Source of the DNA: an uncultured Candidatus Saccharibacteria bacterium
GTDB lineage: Bacteria > Patescibacteriota > Saccharimonadia > Saccharimonadales > UBA10212
Direction of reading: 5' to 3'
DNA length: 64,000 bases
Assembly (NCBI GenBank): GCA_964448095.1
Contig: CAYUUT010000001.1
Location: 105,829 to 169,828, forward strand
Of the stretch, positions 55,519-62,818 are shown piece by piece (position 1 is the stretch's first letter; each line of letters begins with the position of its first letter). Made by a program: the position numbers and the translations under genes. The notes beneath the pieces are model-generated. The model worked only from the letters and a program-made list of their open reading frames with translations. It was not told where the DNA came from and made no database searches.

Positions 55519-56007
55519 TTACGAGCTAGCGGCTTTATCTAACGCTGCTTGAAGAGACTGCTCAAAGCCATAGCTGTCGCTGGTAGCTCCAGAGACAAAA
55601 TCGATATGCGCACTTTGTTTTTGCAGGGCTGTTTGCTTTAGGAGTGGCTCGGCCGCGGCTGCGATGGCACGCGAATTTCCCAAATCATTGGGCATCTGCA
55701 AGAAATTGATATCGGTTATTTTGCCACCGCTGATTACGGCCGCAACTTGGACGGTACCATAGGGCGTTTGAGCGGCAGAGCCTATATAGTTGCCGTCCTT
55801 GTAGCCTTGGCCTGAGGCAGCGTTACTTGAATTACTGGACGCCACGGTTGAGACTGCGCTGCCACCCTGATTAGTGGCTATGACTGCCGGCGTATTAGTT
55901 TTGGGACTACTTATTAGCAAAGCGCTGGTATTCCCGCTCTTATTAACGTAAAGCCCAAGGCCGCCTAAAATGGCTATAGTCATAACTACTAGGAGTGATC
56001 TTTTCAT
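55519..56007 (-). CDS. Secreted/membrane-anchored FMN-binding domain protein (FMN_bind, an ApbE substrate type)
   Basis: Signal anchor LLVVMTIAILGGLGL. YKDGNYIGSAAQTPYGTVQVAAVISGGKITDINF and a C-terminal DFVSGATSDS flavinylation motif. Confidence 0.7.
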   Translation of the reverse strand: MKRSLLVVMTIAILGGLGLYVNKSGNTSALLISSPKTNTPAVIATNQGGSAVSTVASSNSSNAASGQGYKDGNYIGSAAQTPYGTVQVAAVISGGKITDINFLQMPNDLGNSRAIAAAAEPLLKQTALQKQSAHIDFVSGATSDSYGFEQSLQAALDKAASS

Positions 56008-56114
56008 CTACCTAATTCTAGCAAGTTCTTGCTGAGATTTAACTTAGGCTAATGTAAGTTCAGTCTGCCGGAAAAAGCGTCGTCTAAGCTTCAGCCCGTT
56101 ATAATAAAGCTAGC

Positions 56115-57095
56115 ATGAGATTTATATTACTTTTGCTAGAAATTATTTTCCTGTTGAGCCTGTCGGCTATCTGCTCCGGTCTGAATGTATCCTTCACTTC
56201 GTTGGATATGGCCGATTTGGAGCGCAAGAGCAAATTGGGCAACAAGGGCGCTCAGAGGATTCTGGCTTTGCGGCGGAACAGCCACCTAACGCTGGCCAGT
56301 ATTCTAATGACCAATGTGGCAGTTATTTCGACGACTTCGCTGGTTCTGCATAGCTGGGTCAACAGCATCGCCGCCGGAATTATCAGCACGCTTCTGATTG
56401 TCGTCTTTGGCGAAGTTATACCTCAGGCCTTCTTCACTCGCTACGCCCTGGGCTTCACAGCCTTCTTCGCGCCATTCCTAAGGCTAATTACCGTCATCAC
56501 CTACCCTGTATCCAAGCCTCTGCAGCTGGTACTGGATAGACTCATCGGCCAGGAAAAGATGCAGCTTCAAAGCCGGGCCGAGTTAGGCTTGCTCATAACC
56601 CAGCACAGCGGACGGCACGGCAGCGAATTGGATGAGGACGAAATTGAAATTATCCGCGGCGCCCTGAGACTGAGCCAGCGGCGCGTCAAGGACATCATGA
56701 CGCCCATTGAGAAGGTTTATTGGCTGACACCTGACACCGTCATTGACGGCGTTAAAATCGACCAACTGAAGCTTAAGGGTCATAGCCGGATACCAATTTT
56801 CAATGGAGCCAAAACTAGAGCCTTCGGCGTCTTGATGATGAAGGACTTAGTGGATATAGATTTCGACGACGAAAAACATACGGCTAGTGATTTACCGCAA
56901 CGGCCGACTACGATGGTCGGCAGTCTGACGGCTCTGGATACCATGTTTCGTAAGTTCATCAGCGCCCACAGTCACTTGATGGCAGTTGAGCGCGATGATA
57001 AGATCGTCGGCATCATAACGATTGAGGACTTGCTGGAAGAGATTATCGGCCACGAGATTGAGGATGAGTCCGACCGCAGTCGCAGACTTAGCTAA
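56115..57095 (+). CDS. CNNM/CorC (HlyC/CorC) family protein: DUF21 membrane domain + CBS pair
   Basis: N-terminal 4-TM DUF21. CBS domains (IMTPIEKVYWL..., ...VGIITIEDLLEEIIG). Confidence 0.8.
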   Translation: MRFILLLLEIIFLLSLSAICSGLNVSFTSLDMADLERKSKLGNKGAQRILALRRNSHLTLASILMTNVAVISTTSLVLHSWVNSIAAGIISTLLIVVFGEVIPQAFFTRYALGFTAFFAPFLRLITVITYPVSKPLQLVLDRLIGQEKMQLQSRAELGLLITQHSGRHGSELDEDEIEIIRGALRLSQRRVKDIMTPIEKVYWLTPDTVIDGVKIDQLKLKGHSRIPIFNGAKTRAFGVLMMKDLVDIDFDDEKHTASDLPQRPTTMVGSLTALDTMFRKFISAHSHLMAVERDDKIVGIITIEDLLEEIIGHEIEDESDRSRRLS

Positions 57096-57141
57096 AGAAA
57101 CTTATTTCGTTCAGCTCAGGTGGTAAGAAGCCGTTCTCGTG

Positions 57142-57312
57142 CTAGAAATTGGCTTGCCATTTATAGCCTTTGTTGTAGCCCAGGTCTTTCATCAACTTGG
57201 TTGGGGCGTTGCGCAACGGATTGTAGCTCTTCGGCAGAAAATGCAGATAAACCAGGAAGGCCGTACTAATGCCGATAAAGAGCAGTATAAAAGCTCCTAG
57301 CAAAGGGTCCAT
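57142..57312 (-). pseudogene. 56-codon ORF: an N-terminal hydrophobic helix fused to a diverged copy of the RarA C-terminus ([20 protein letters not shown]); likely a displaced 3' remnant of rarA
   Basis: The translation [56 protein letters not shown] matches RarA residues encoded at about 60690-60830 ([20 protein letters not shown]) at 18 of 20 positions. Nucleotide identity is only ~73%. Same orientation as rarA. Confidence 0.4.
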
Positions 57313-57478
57313 GCTCAATGTACTACTCCAATCCTAGCCGCCCGCTTGTTTCATATCGCATACTTGTAATCTAGACGAGAAAGTTTAAAATGTTGTTTAT
57401 GATTCGTTTATTCTCCGCCAAAAACTATTACGAGGCTTCCTTAATCTGACGAGAAGCCAGCTTTTAATTTGCATGATG

Positions 57479-57510
57479 AAATCTGCCTTCTCGGGCAGAT
57501 TTTTTAATTT
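57479..57510 (+). terminator. Rho-independent terminator (9-bp stem AAATCTGCC/GGCAGATTT, 6-nt loop, then a T-tract)
   Basis: Canonical hairpin followed by a U-tract, about 390 nt downstream of the CNNM stop. May end a long 3' UTR or a short plus-strand transcript. Confidence 0.5.
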
Positions 57511-57554
57511 GTTCGAGAGCACCTAACCCTACTACGGAAAGTGAGGCACTGCGC

Positions 57555-57935
57555 GTGACCACTTTTAAGGCTCTCATCAAGAGGGCTAGAAAGTTCGCCT
57601 GGTACTACAACCGGGCGGTGGTACTGGGAACTCTCCAGCGTGACATGACGCCGCACATCGTCTTCGCGGATTTGCGTGAAGGCGATGTCATCGGCTTCGA
57701 GCTGCCGGGAACACTGGTAAGTGTGAGAGTGGTGGACACAGCCCTGCAGCTAGTGGTGCCGTGTAGGTGGCACTACAAGTCAGGCAAGATGCAGTTCCGC
57801 GGCCATGCCATTGCCGCTGGACGCCACACCACCTTTGGCAGCTCCCGCTGGGCTGGCAACTACATCACGCTAGCGCCGGCCCGGAGAATCCTACTCAATG
57901 GGAAGCCCATCCCTGAAGGCAGGTTGCTACGGTAG
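57555..57935 (+). CDS. Hypothetical basic 126-aa protein, GTG start, elevated GC (~58%, GC3 ~75%)
   Basis: A GTGAGG Shine-Dalgarno-like element upstream. No family recognised. Confidence 0.4.
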   Translation: MTTFKALIKRARKFAWYYNRAVVLGTLQRDMTPHIVFADLREGDVIGFELPGTLVSVRVVDTALQLVVPCRWHYKSGKMQFRGHAIAAGRHTTFGSSRWAGNYITLAPARRILLNGKPIPEGRLLR

Positions 57936-57943
57936 GGCAAATA

Positions 57944-57973
57944 GGGGCTGCGGTGGCACACCACCGCAGCCCC
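57944..57973. terminator. Perfect 13-bp GC hairpin (GGGGCTGCGGTGG-CACA-CCACCGCAGCCCC) with no U-tract; candidate bidirectional/I-shaped terminator
   Basis: Sits between the convergent 126-aa ORF and the methyltransferase gene. Confidence 0.45.
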
Positions 57974-58020
57974 TACTCAAACTGACCGCCCGCTTGGTTT
58001 TTCTCGGGTTTATAAGAGCC

Positions 58021-58698
58021 CTACTTGGGCAGGTTGGCGCGAGGAATCACGATAGTATCCATTTTATCGGGCCGGTCAGGGTCAAAATGCCTCGTTAGGG
58101 GCGGAAAGTAGCTATGGAACTCAATGTCATTATCAAAACAAACTGTTCTGGCGGCTTCCATGGTTTGAGGATCAGAGGTTACCAGAAACTTACCATTTTC
58201 ATCTAGGGCCGGCCCGACCTCGTGCAACAATCGTCCTATTCTGCTACCAAAATAGTCCGGGCCAAACATAAAGGCAGCCACTAAATCGAACCTTTTGCCT
58301 TTGCGATTCAATTGCCTTAAAGTCCATGCACCGTCGCCTATGTGGATATTCTCGGGCGGTAGGATGCCGCTTATAGCGATCTCTGCAGCGTGCTCCGGCT
58401 CTAATTCGGCCGCTTCTACACTACCGCCGTTCAGTGTCGCCAAGCGCCCCAATGCATAGGTGGCTCCGCCCGTGCCGGCGCCATATTCAAATATTCTTTT
58501 AGATGCCCGTAAATCAAGTTGCCCCTGTATCGCCATAACGTTGAGCGAATGTTGAGCTCTTACTGCGGCCAGCTGCTGCCAGGGGTGCAGTTCTGTGAAA
58601 TCAAGGTAAGCTTCTACGCATAAGCGCAAATCCCCGACTTCATGCGATGTTTTAGAAGTGCTCGCCATAATATATAAGTTTAATTGATAATTATACAA
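58021..58698 (-). CDS. Class I SAM-dependent methyltransferase (not an obvious DNA MTase; no DPPY/NPPY motif)
   Basis: Motif I IFEYGAGTGGATYAL. Motif II/III-like DLVAAFMFGPD. Confidence 0.6.
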   Translation of the reverse strand: MYNYQLNLYIMASTSKTSHEVGDLRLCVEAYLDFTELHPWQQLAAVRAQHSLNVMAIQGQLDLRASKRIFEYGAGTGGATYALGRLATLNGGSVEAAELEPEHAAEIAISGILPPENIHIGDGAWTLRQLNRKGKRFDLVAAFMFGPDYFGSRIGRLLHEVGPALDENGKFLVTSDPQTMEAARTVCFDNDIEFHSYFPPLTRHFDPDRPDKMDTIVIPRANLPK

Positions 58699-58789
58699 TA
58701 GTTTTTGATTTATGCAACGGAAACCGCCCGCCCCATACCATAAAGCTACGAGGTAAACTTATTTTGAGCGTTAGATATAAAATAAGGGT

Positions 58790-60031
58790 ATGGGGACCGA
58801 TTATCGGCGCAACCACTATGTTCCTGAGTGGTATCAAAAAAACTTTATCCCGCCCGATGGTTCGGGGAAGCTATTTTATTTAAGACTAAAGCCGAAGGAG
58901 TTCAGAGACTCAAAGGGAGGGATTCATCTTGAACCCGCCCTGCGCGAGTCTAGTCCAGGACAGTGCTTCTACCAAAAGGATCTTTATACCACGAGGTTTG
59001 GCGCAAATGTATCCCGAGATATTGAGAGGTACTTCTTCGGCCTGATGGATACAAATGGTCAAAAAGCAGCCAATCACTTCGCTAACTACGTTTTCCCTAA
59101 CTGGGATGGTAAGCCGGTTCAAGACCTCATAACTTACCTGAGTACCCAGAAACTAAGAACCCCCAAAGGATTAGACTGGTTAGCAAACACGCTGGGTACT
59201 ACAGACGGAAACCGGACCTTAATCGAGATGCAAAGATTCCAGGATGTTTTTTGTGCCACATGGGTAGAGTGTGTGTGGCAAATAGCAGACGCTGAAAGTT
59301 CCGATACTAAGTTCATTATTTCTGACCACCCCGTGACTATATACAATCGCGAATGCGGCCCACGGAATAAGAAGTGGTGTCGAGGCTCCAATGACCCTGA
59401 CATTCGCCTTCAAGGCTCGCATACTGTTTTTCCTCTCAGTCTGAATAAAGTCTTGATATTGACGAATATGTCTTGGGTGCGCAACCCATATCAATCAGCA
59501 GTTGGCGAACGTCCCAACCCGACTCTCTACCACAGTACCGTATTTGACTTCCACCGGTTACAAATTAATAGACGCCTGTCGGAGCAAGAAGTCAGAGAAA
59601 TTAATTTCGTTATTAAAAGTCGGGCTTATGACTACATAGCCGCTGGTAAAGAAGAGTGGCTGTACCCTGAGAAATTCATCACGAAATCAAATTGGAATGT
59701 TTACGGCGATGGTTTGCTATTTATGCCCGATCCTCGCTCATTCAATTATGGCGGTGAGGTATATGGAGGTAATAATAGTGGCCCGACCTTTGCAGTGGAT
59801 TCATATGGGCGAAAGCCTGGGGACCCAAATTTCGGAAAGGAAGATATCCCCCCGAACCAAAGCACTCTGCCACTTTATCGATTCCAGGGGGATTTTGCTC
59901 GCAAATTTGGCACACACCGACGAGGAGTAGCTATGGAGTTTGGGGAGCTTGAGGACGAGGTAGACACTGAAACCTACCACGAGTATCACCTTGGCTTGGG
60001 GAAGCAAAAGAAATCAAAAAACATAATTTAA
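58790..60031 (+). CDS. DUF4238-like protein (413 aa)
   Basis: The N-terminal RNHYVPEWYQKNF resembles the DUF4238 signature (HY[VI]PQFYL[KR]NF) as I recall it. Atypical codon usage (AGA, AGG, CTA, TTA). Confidence 0.5.
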   Translation: MGTDYRRNHYVPEWYQKNFIPPDGSGKLFYLRLKPKEFRDSKGGIHLEPALRESSPGQCFYQKDLYTTRFGANVSRDIERYFFGLMDTNGQKAANHFANYVFPNWDGKPVQDLITYLSTQKLRTPKGLDWLANTLGTTDGNRTLIEMQRFQDVFCATWVECVWQIADAESSDTKFIISDHPVTIYNRECGPRNKKWCRGSNDPDIRLQGSHTVFPLSLNKVLILTNMSWVRNPYQSAVGERPNPTLYHSTVFDFHRLQINRRLSEQEVREINFVIKSRAYDYIAAGKEEWLYPEKFITKSNWNVYGDGLLFMPDPRSFNYGGEVYGGNNSGPTFAVDSYGRKPGDPNFGKEDIPPNQSTLPLYRFQGDFARKFGTHRRGVAMEFGELEDEVDTETYHEYHLGLGKQKKSKNII

Positions 60032-60237
60032 TATTGGGTCCGGGCATCGGCTCAAACAGAAGACTGAGTGCAGCCAAAAAGATGTCGGCCAAACGTATGT
60101 TTGAGCGAAGCGAGGCCGGCTTGGCCCACTTTTTGGCAAGCGAAGTCGCTCTGCTTTGAACGCAGCCCGGCGGTTTGCCACACTTTGCCGTTCAAAGTGT
60201 GAAAATTTTAGGACTTTTGAAAAAAAGACCAGTAGCC

Positions 60238-60678
60238 TTATCGCCTGTTTGCAAAATTATCGAGTTTCTTGCCAATCACATACCCCAAAGCTGCTAGTGT
60301 GACTATAGGCCCGACAAGAATAGAAATCTCTGCTAGCTCCGCATGAGTGCTGAAATCAGCATTCTGGACTTCTCTCTGCGTAGGGACATATCCAACATAT
60401 TGTCGATCTATTCCGTAGTGGCCGTATCTATCAACCCCCATGACTCCAAGAATGATGCCGCCAATCATGCCACCGACACTGAGGACAAGGTCAGCTCCTT
60501 CAATCGGTTCTTCGTCGTCATTGCCCCATCTCCTGCCGCCTTCGCCGCCTCTGTCATTGCCATTATTGCCGCCGTTCCCACCGCCACCACCAAACTGTCT
60601 CTCAAACTCTGTCAAGTCTGTTAGTCTAATCTCTCCACCAGCGGGTCGCTCTAATGTAGCCGTCATCTTATCGAACAT
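60238..60678 (-). CDS. Glycine-rich membrane protein (146 aa)
   Basis: GGGGGNGGNNGNDRGGEGG low-complexity segment followed by 2-3 hydrophobic helices. Immediately downstream of rarA on the same strand. Confidence 0.45.
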   Translation of the reverse strand: MFDKMTATLERPAGGEIRLTDLTEFERQFGGGGGNGGNNGNDRGGEGGRRWGNDDEEPIEGADLVLSVGGMIGGIILGVMGVDRYGHYGIDRQYVGYVPTQREVQNADFSTHAELAEISILVGPIVTLAALGYVIGKKLDNFANRR

Positions 60679-60684
60679 TATTCA

Positions 60685-61881
60685 CTATTTCGCAAAAAAG
60701 TCTAGGTTCTGCAGTTCATCTGGCAAAAATCCTTTGGGGTGCTTAAACCCGGCCTCCCACTTTGTGCCTTTGCCGTAGCCTAAATCTTTCATAAGTTTGG
60801 TTGGCGCGTTACGCAGGTGAATCGGCACAGGCAAATCCGGGTATTGCCGAGCTGTGGTTTGCGCGGCACTCATGGCGCTAGCAACCTCGCGTGACTTAGG
60901 CGCTTTGGCCATCACAGTTGCGCAGTGAAACAGATTATATTGGCATTCTGGCATGCCAATGCGCTCCACCGCCAGGAACGTCGAAACAGCCAGGTTTAGC
61001 GCGGCCGGGGCGGCCATGCCAATATCTTCACTGGCAAAAACTACCATCCGCCGTGCAATAAACTTGGGGTCTTCGCCGGCCTGCAGCATCCGTGCCATAT
61101 AATAAAGCGCCGCCGTGGCGTCGCTGCCGCGCATCGATTTTATAAAGGCGCTGATGATGTTGTAGTGGTTTTCGCCGGCTTTGTCGTAACCCGGCACCCG
61201 TTTTTGGGCGGCGCTCTGCACAACTTCCGGCGTAATGGCGCCCCGCGTCAGCTGCAGCGCTAGCTCTAAATTGCTTAGCGCAATGCGGCCGTCGCCGCCG
61301 GAAACTTCTGCCAGCATGTCAACGCCGGCGGCTGGCAAGCGCTTAGCACTGAGCTTTTCGGCCTTGGCGGCGCGTTTAATAATCTTTACGATGTCAGCTT
61401 TGGTCAGTGGCTCCAGCACAACTACCCGGCTGCGCGACAAAAGAGGAGTGATTACTTCAAAGCTGGGATTCTCGGTTGTCGCGCCAATCAATGTAATGAG
61501 CCCGGACTCGACGTGCGGCAAAAAAGCGTCCTGCTGGGCTTTATTGAAACGGTGGATTTCATCAACAAACAGGACGGTTTGAGTCGGAGCCTTGGTGGTA
61601 TTACCCTGCTGGTTGGCCCGGGCGCGCTCAACAACTTTAGTAACATCGGCTTTACCAGCGGTTACGGCAGAAATTTCTACAAAGTCGGCCTCTAGCTCAT
61701 TAGCGATAATCCGCGCCAATGTGGTTTTGCCACTGCCCGGCGGCCCCCAAAAAATCAAAGAAAACGGCTGACCGGCTTTAACCAGCTGGCTAATCATTTT
61801 ACCTTCGCCCAAGATGTGTTCTTGGCCAACCACCTCCGACAATTTACGCGGGCGCATGCGCTCCGCTAACGGCTGCTCCAT
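60685..61881 (-). CDS. rarA: Replication-associated recombination protein A (RarA/MgsA AAA+ ATPase)
   Basis: Walker [10 protein letters not shown], Walker [11 protein letters not shown] and the C-terminal [17 protein letters not shown]. The track start at 62016 would overlap gnd by 116 nt; the ATG at 61881 ([11 protein letters not shown]) is the likely start. Confidence 0.85.
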   Translation of the reverse strand: MEQPLAERMRPRKLSEVVGQEHILGEGKMISQLVKAGQPFSLIFWGPPGSGKTTLARIIANELEADFVEISAVTAGKADVTKVVERARANQQGNTTKAPTQTVLFVDEIHRFNKAQQDAFLPHVESGLITLIGATTENPSFEVITPLLSRSRVVVLEPLTKADIVKIIKRAAKAEKLSAKRLPAAGVDMLAEVSGGDGRIALSNLELALQLTRGAITPEVVQSAAQKRVPGYDKAGENHYNIISAFIKSMRGSDATAALYYMARMLQAGEDPKFIARRMVVFASEDIGMAAPAALNLAVSTFLAVERIGMPECQYNLFHCATVMAKAPKSREVASAMSAAQTTARQYPDLPVPIHLRNAPTKLMKDLGYGKGTKWEAGFKHPKGFLPDELQNLDFFAK

Positions 61882-61900
61882 AGGCCTTATTATATATCTA

Positions 61901-62818
61901 TCACTTCGCCGGTTGGTCGGGGTTAATCTCGTGGCCGCCAAACTTGTTACGCATAGCGGATAATAGTTTGGTGGCGAAGTTGATCTCGCCATTTTGGCTA
62001 GCAATACGAATGTCAAAGGCCGTTTGGATGGCTGGCATCGGAATATTCATTTCCTTGGCGACTTCCAGCGTCCAACGAGCTTCGCCGGATTCAGCTACAA
62101 CGCCGTCGATGCCTGCCAGCTGGGGATTTTCGGCCAGAGCTTTTTGTGACAACTCATTCAACCAGGAAGTCACCACGCTGCCGTGCTGCCAAACTTCGCC
62201 AGCCGCCGCTAAATCCAACTCTTTATATGGACCTTCTTTTAGGATACGGTAGCCTTCTGCCAAGCTCTCCATCATGCCGTACTCAATGGCGTTGTGGACC
62301 ATCTTTACAAAATGACCGCTGCCGCTGGGTCCAAAATACTGATAGGCGCCGCTAGGCTTGGCCAGAGTTTTGAGCACCGGCTCGACCACTTTAAAAGCTG
62401 TGTTGTCGCCACCAGCCATCATCGAAAAGCCATTTTTGTAGCCCCAGACACCGCCGCTGGTACCAACATCCAGAAGTGTTGAACGGGCAGCCGCAACCTT
62501 ATCAGAGCGTTTTTGGGTTAGCCGAAAATCAGAATTACCGCCGTCAATTATCAAGCTGCCCTCCGGCGCTAAAGCTAGCCAAGCGCCTAGCTCCTCGTCT
62601 ACCACGTTCGCTGGTATCATCAGCCACAGCATTAACTGCTCGCCCACAAAGGCTTTAATTACATCTTCTTTTTTATAGGCGGCTTTGGCGCCATAAGTAA
62701 CGGCCTCGTCAACCTTCTCCGGGCTGCGGTTTTGGGCGTAGACCTCGTGTCCGTCTTCGGCTAGTTTGCGGGCGATTTGCATGCCCATCCGGCCCAAGCC
62801 GGCAATTGCGATTTTCAT
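61901..62818 (-). CDS. gnd: 6-phosphogluconate dehydrogenase, decarboxylating, short (~300 aa) form
   Basis: MKIAIAGLGRMGMQIARKL NAD(P) fold and the 6PGD C-terminal domain. The track start at 62836 is TTG; the ATG is at 62818. Confidence 0.8.
   Translation of the reverse strand: MKIAIAGLGRMGMQIARKLAEDGHEVYAQNRSPEKVDEAVTYGAKAAYKKEDVIKAFVGEQLMLWLMIPANVVDEELGAWLALAPEGSLIIDGGNSDFRLTQKRSDKVAAARSTLLDVGTSGGVWGYKNGFSMMAGGDNTAFKVVEPVLKTLAKPSGAYQYFGPSGSGHFVKMVHNAIEYGMMESLAEGYRILKEGPYKELDLAAAGEVWQHGSVVTSWLNELSQKALAENPQLAGIDGVVAESGEARWTLEVAKEMNIPMPAIQTAFDIRIASQNGEINFATKLLSAMRNKFGGHEINPDQPAK

Larger units (their letters stand above)
57096..60684. mobile_element. Candidate integrated accessory/defense island (no integrase present) between the CNNM gene and rarA
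   Basis: Bounded by the rarA 3' remnant and the intact rarA 3' end. Mosaic GC and codon usage. Contents: a GC-rich GTG-start ORF, a SAM methyltransferase, a DUF4238-like gene and a Gly-rich membrane protein. Confidence 0.3.

Noticed and set aside
57430-57480. CUGACGAG plus a GAAA-like core suggesting a hammerhead ribozyme
   Set aside because: The flanking sequence cannot form stems I, II and III in the required order. The GGCTTC/GAAGCC pairing encloses the CUGACGA rather than following it, so it is not a hammerhead.
60176-60198. CCGTTCAAAGTG resembling a tRNA T-loop (GTTCAAA)
   Set aside because: It is part of a 9-bp stem with a 5-nt loop, not a T-arm. There is no cloverleaf context.
61882-62016. 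45-aa N-terminal extension of rarA from the track, overlapping gnd by 116 nt
   Set aside because: It overlaps a well-supported gene on the same strand in another frame. The ATG at 61881 yields a canonical RarA N-terminus. The ORF-finder's longest-ORF rule, and its GTG/TTG starts, inflate several 5' ends; clpC, plsC, tktC, the LOG gene, gnd, the MFS gene and the PBP are similarly affected.
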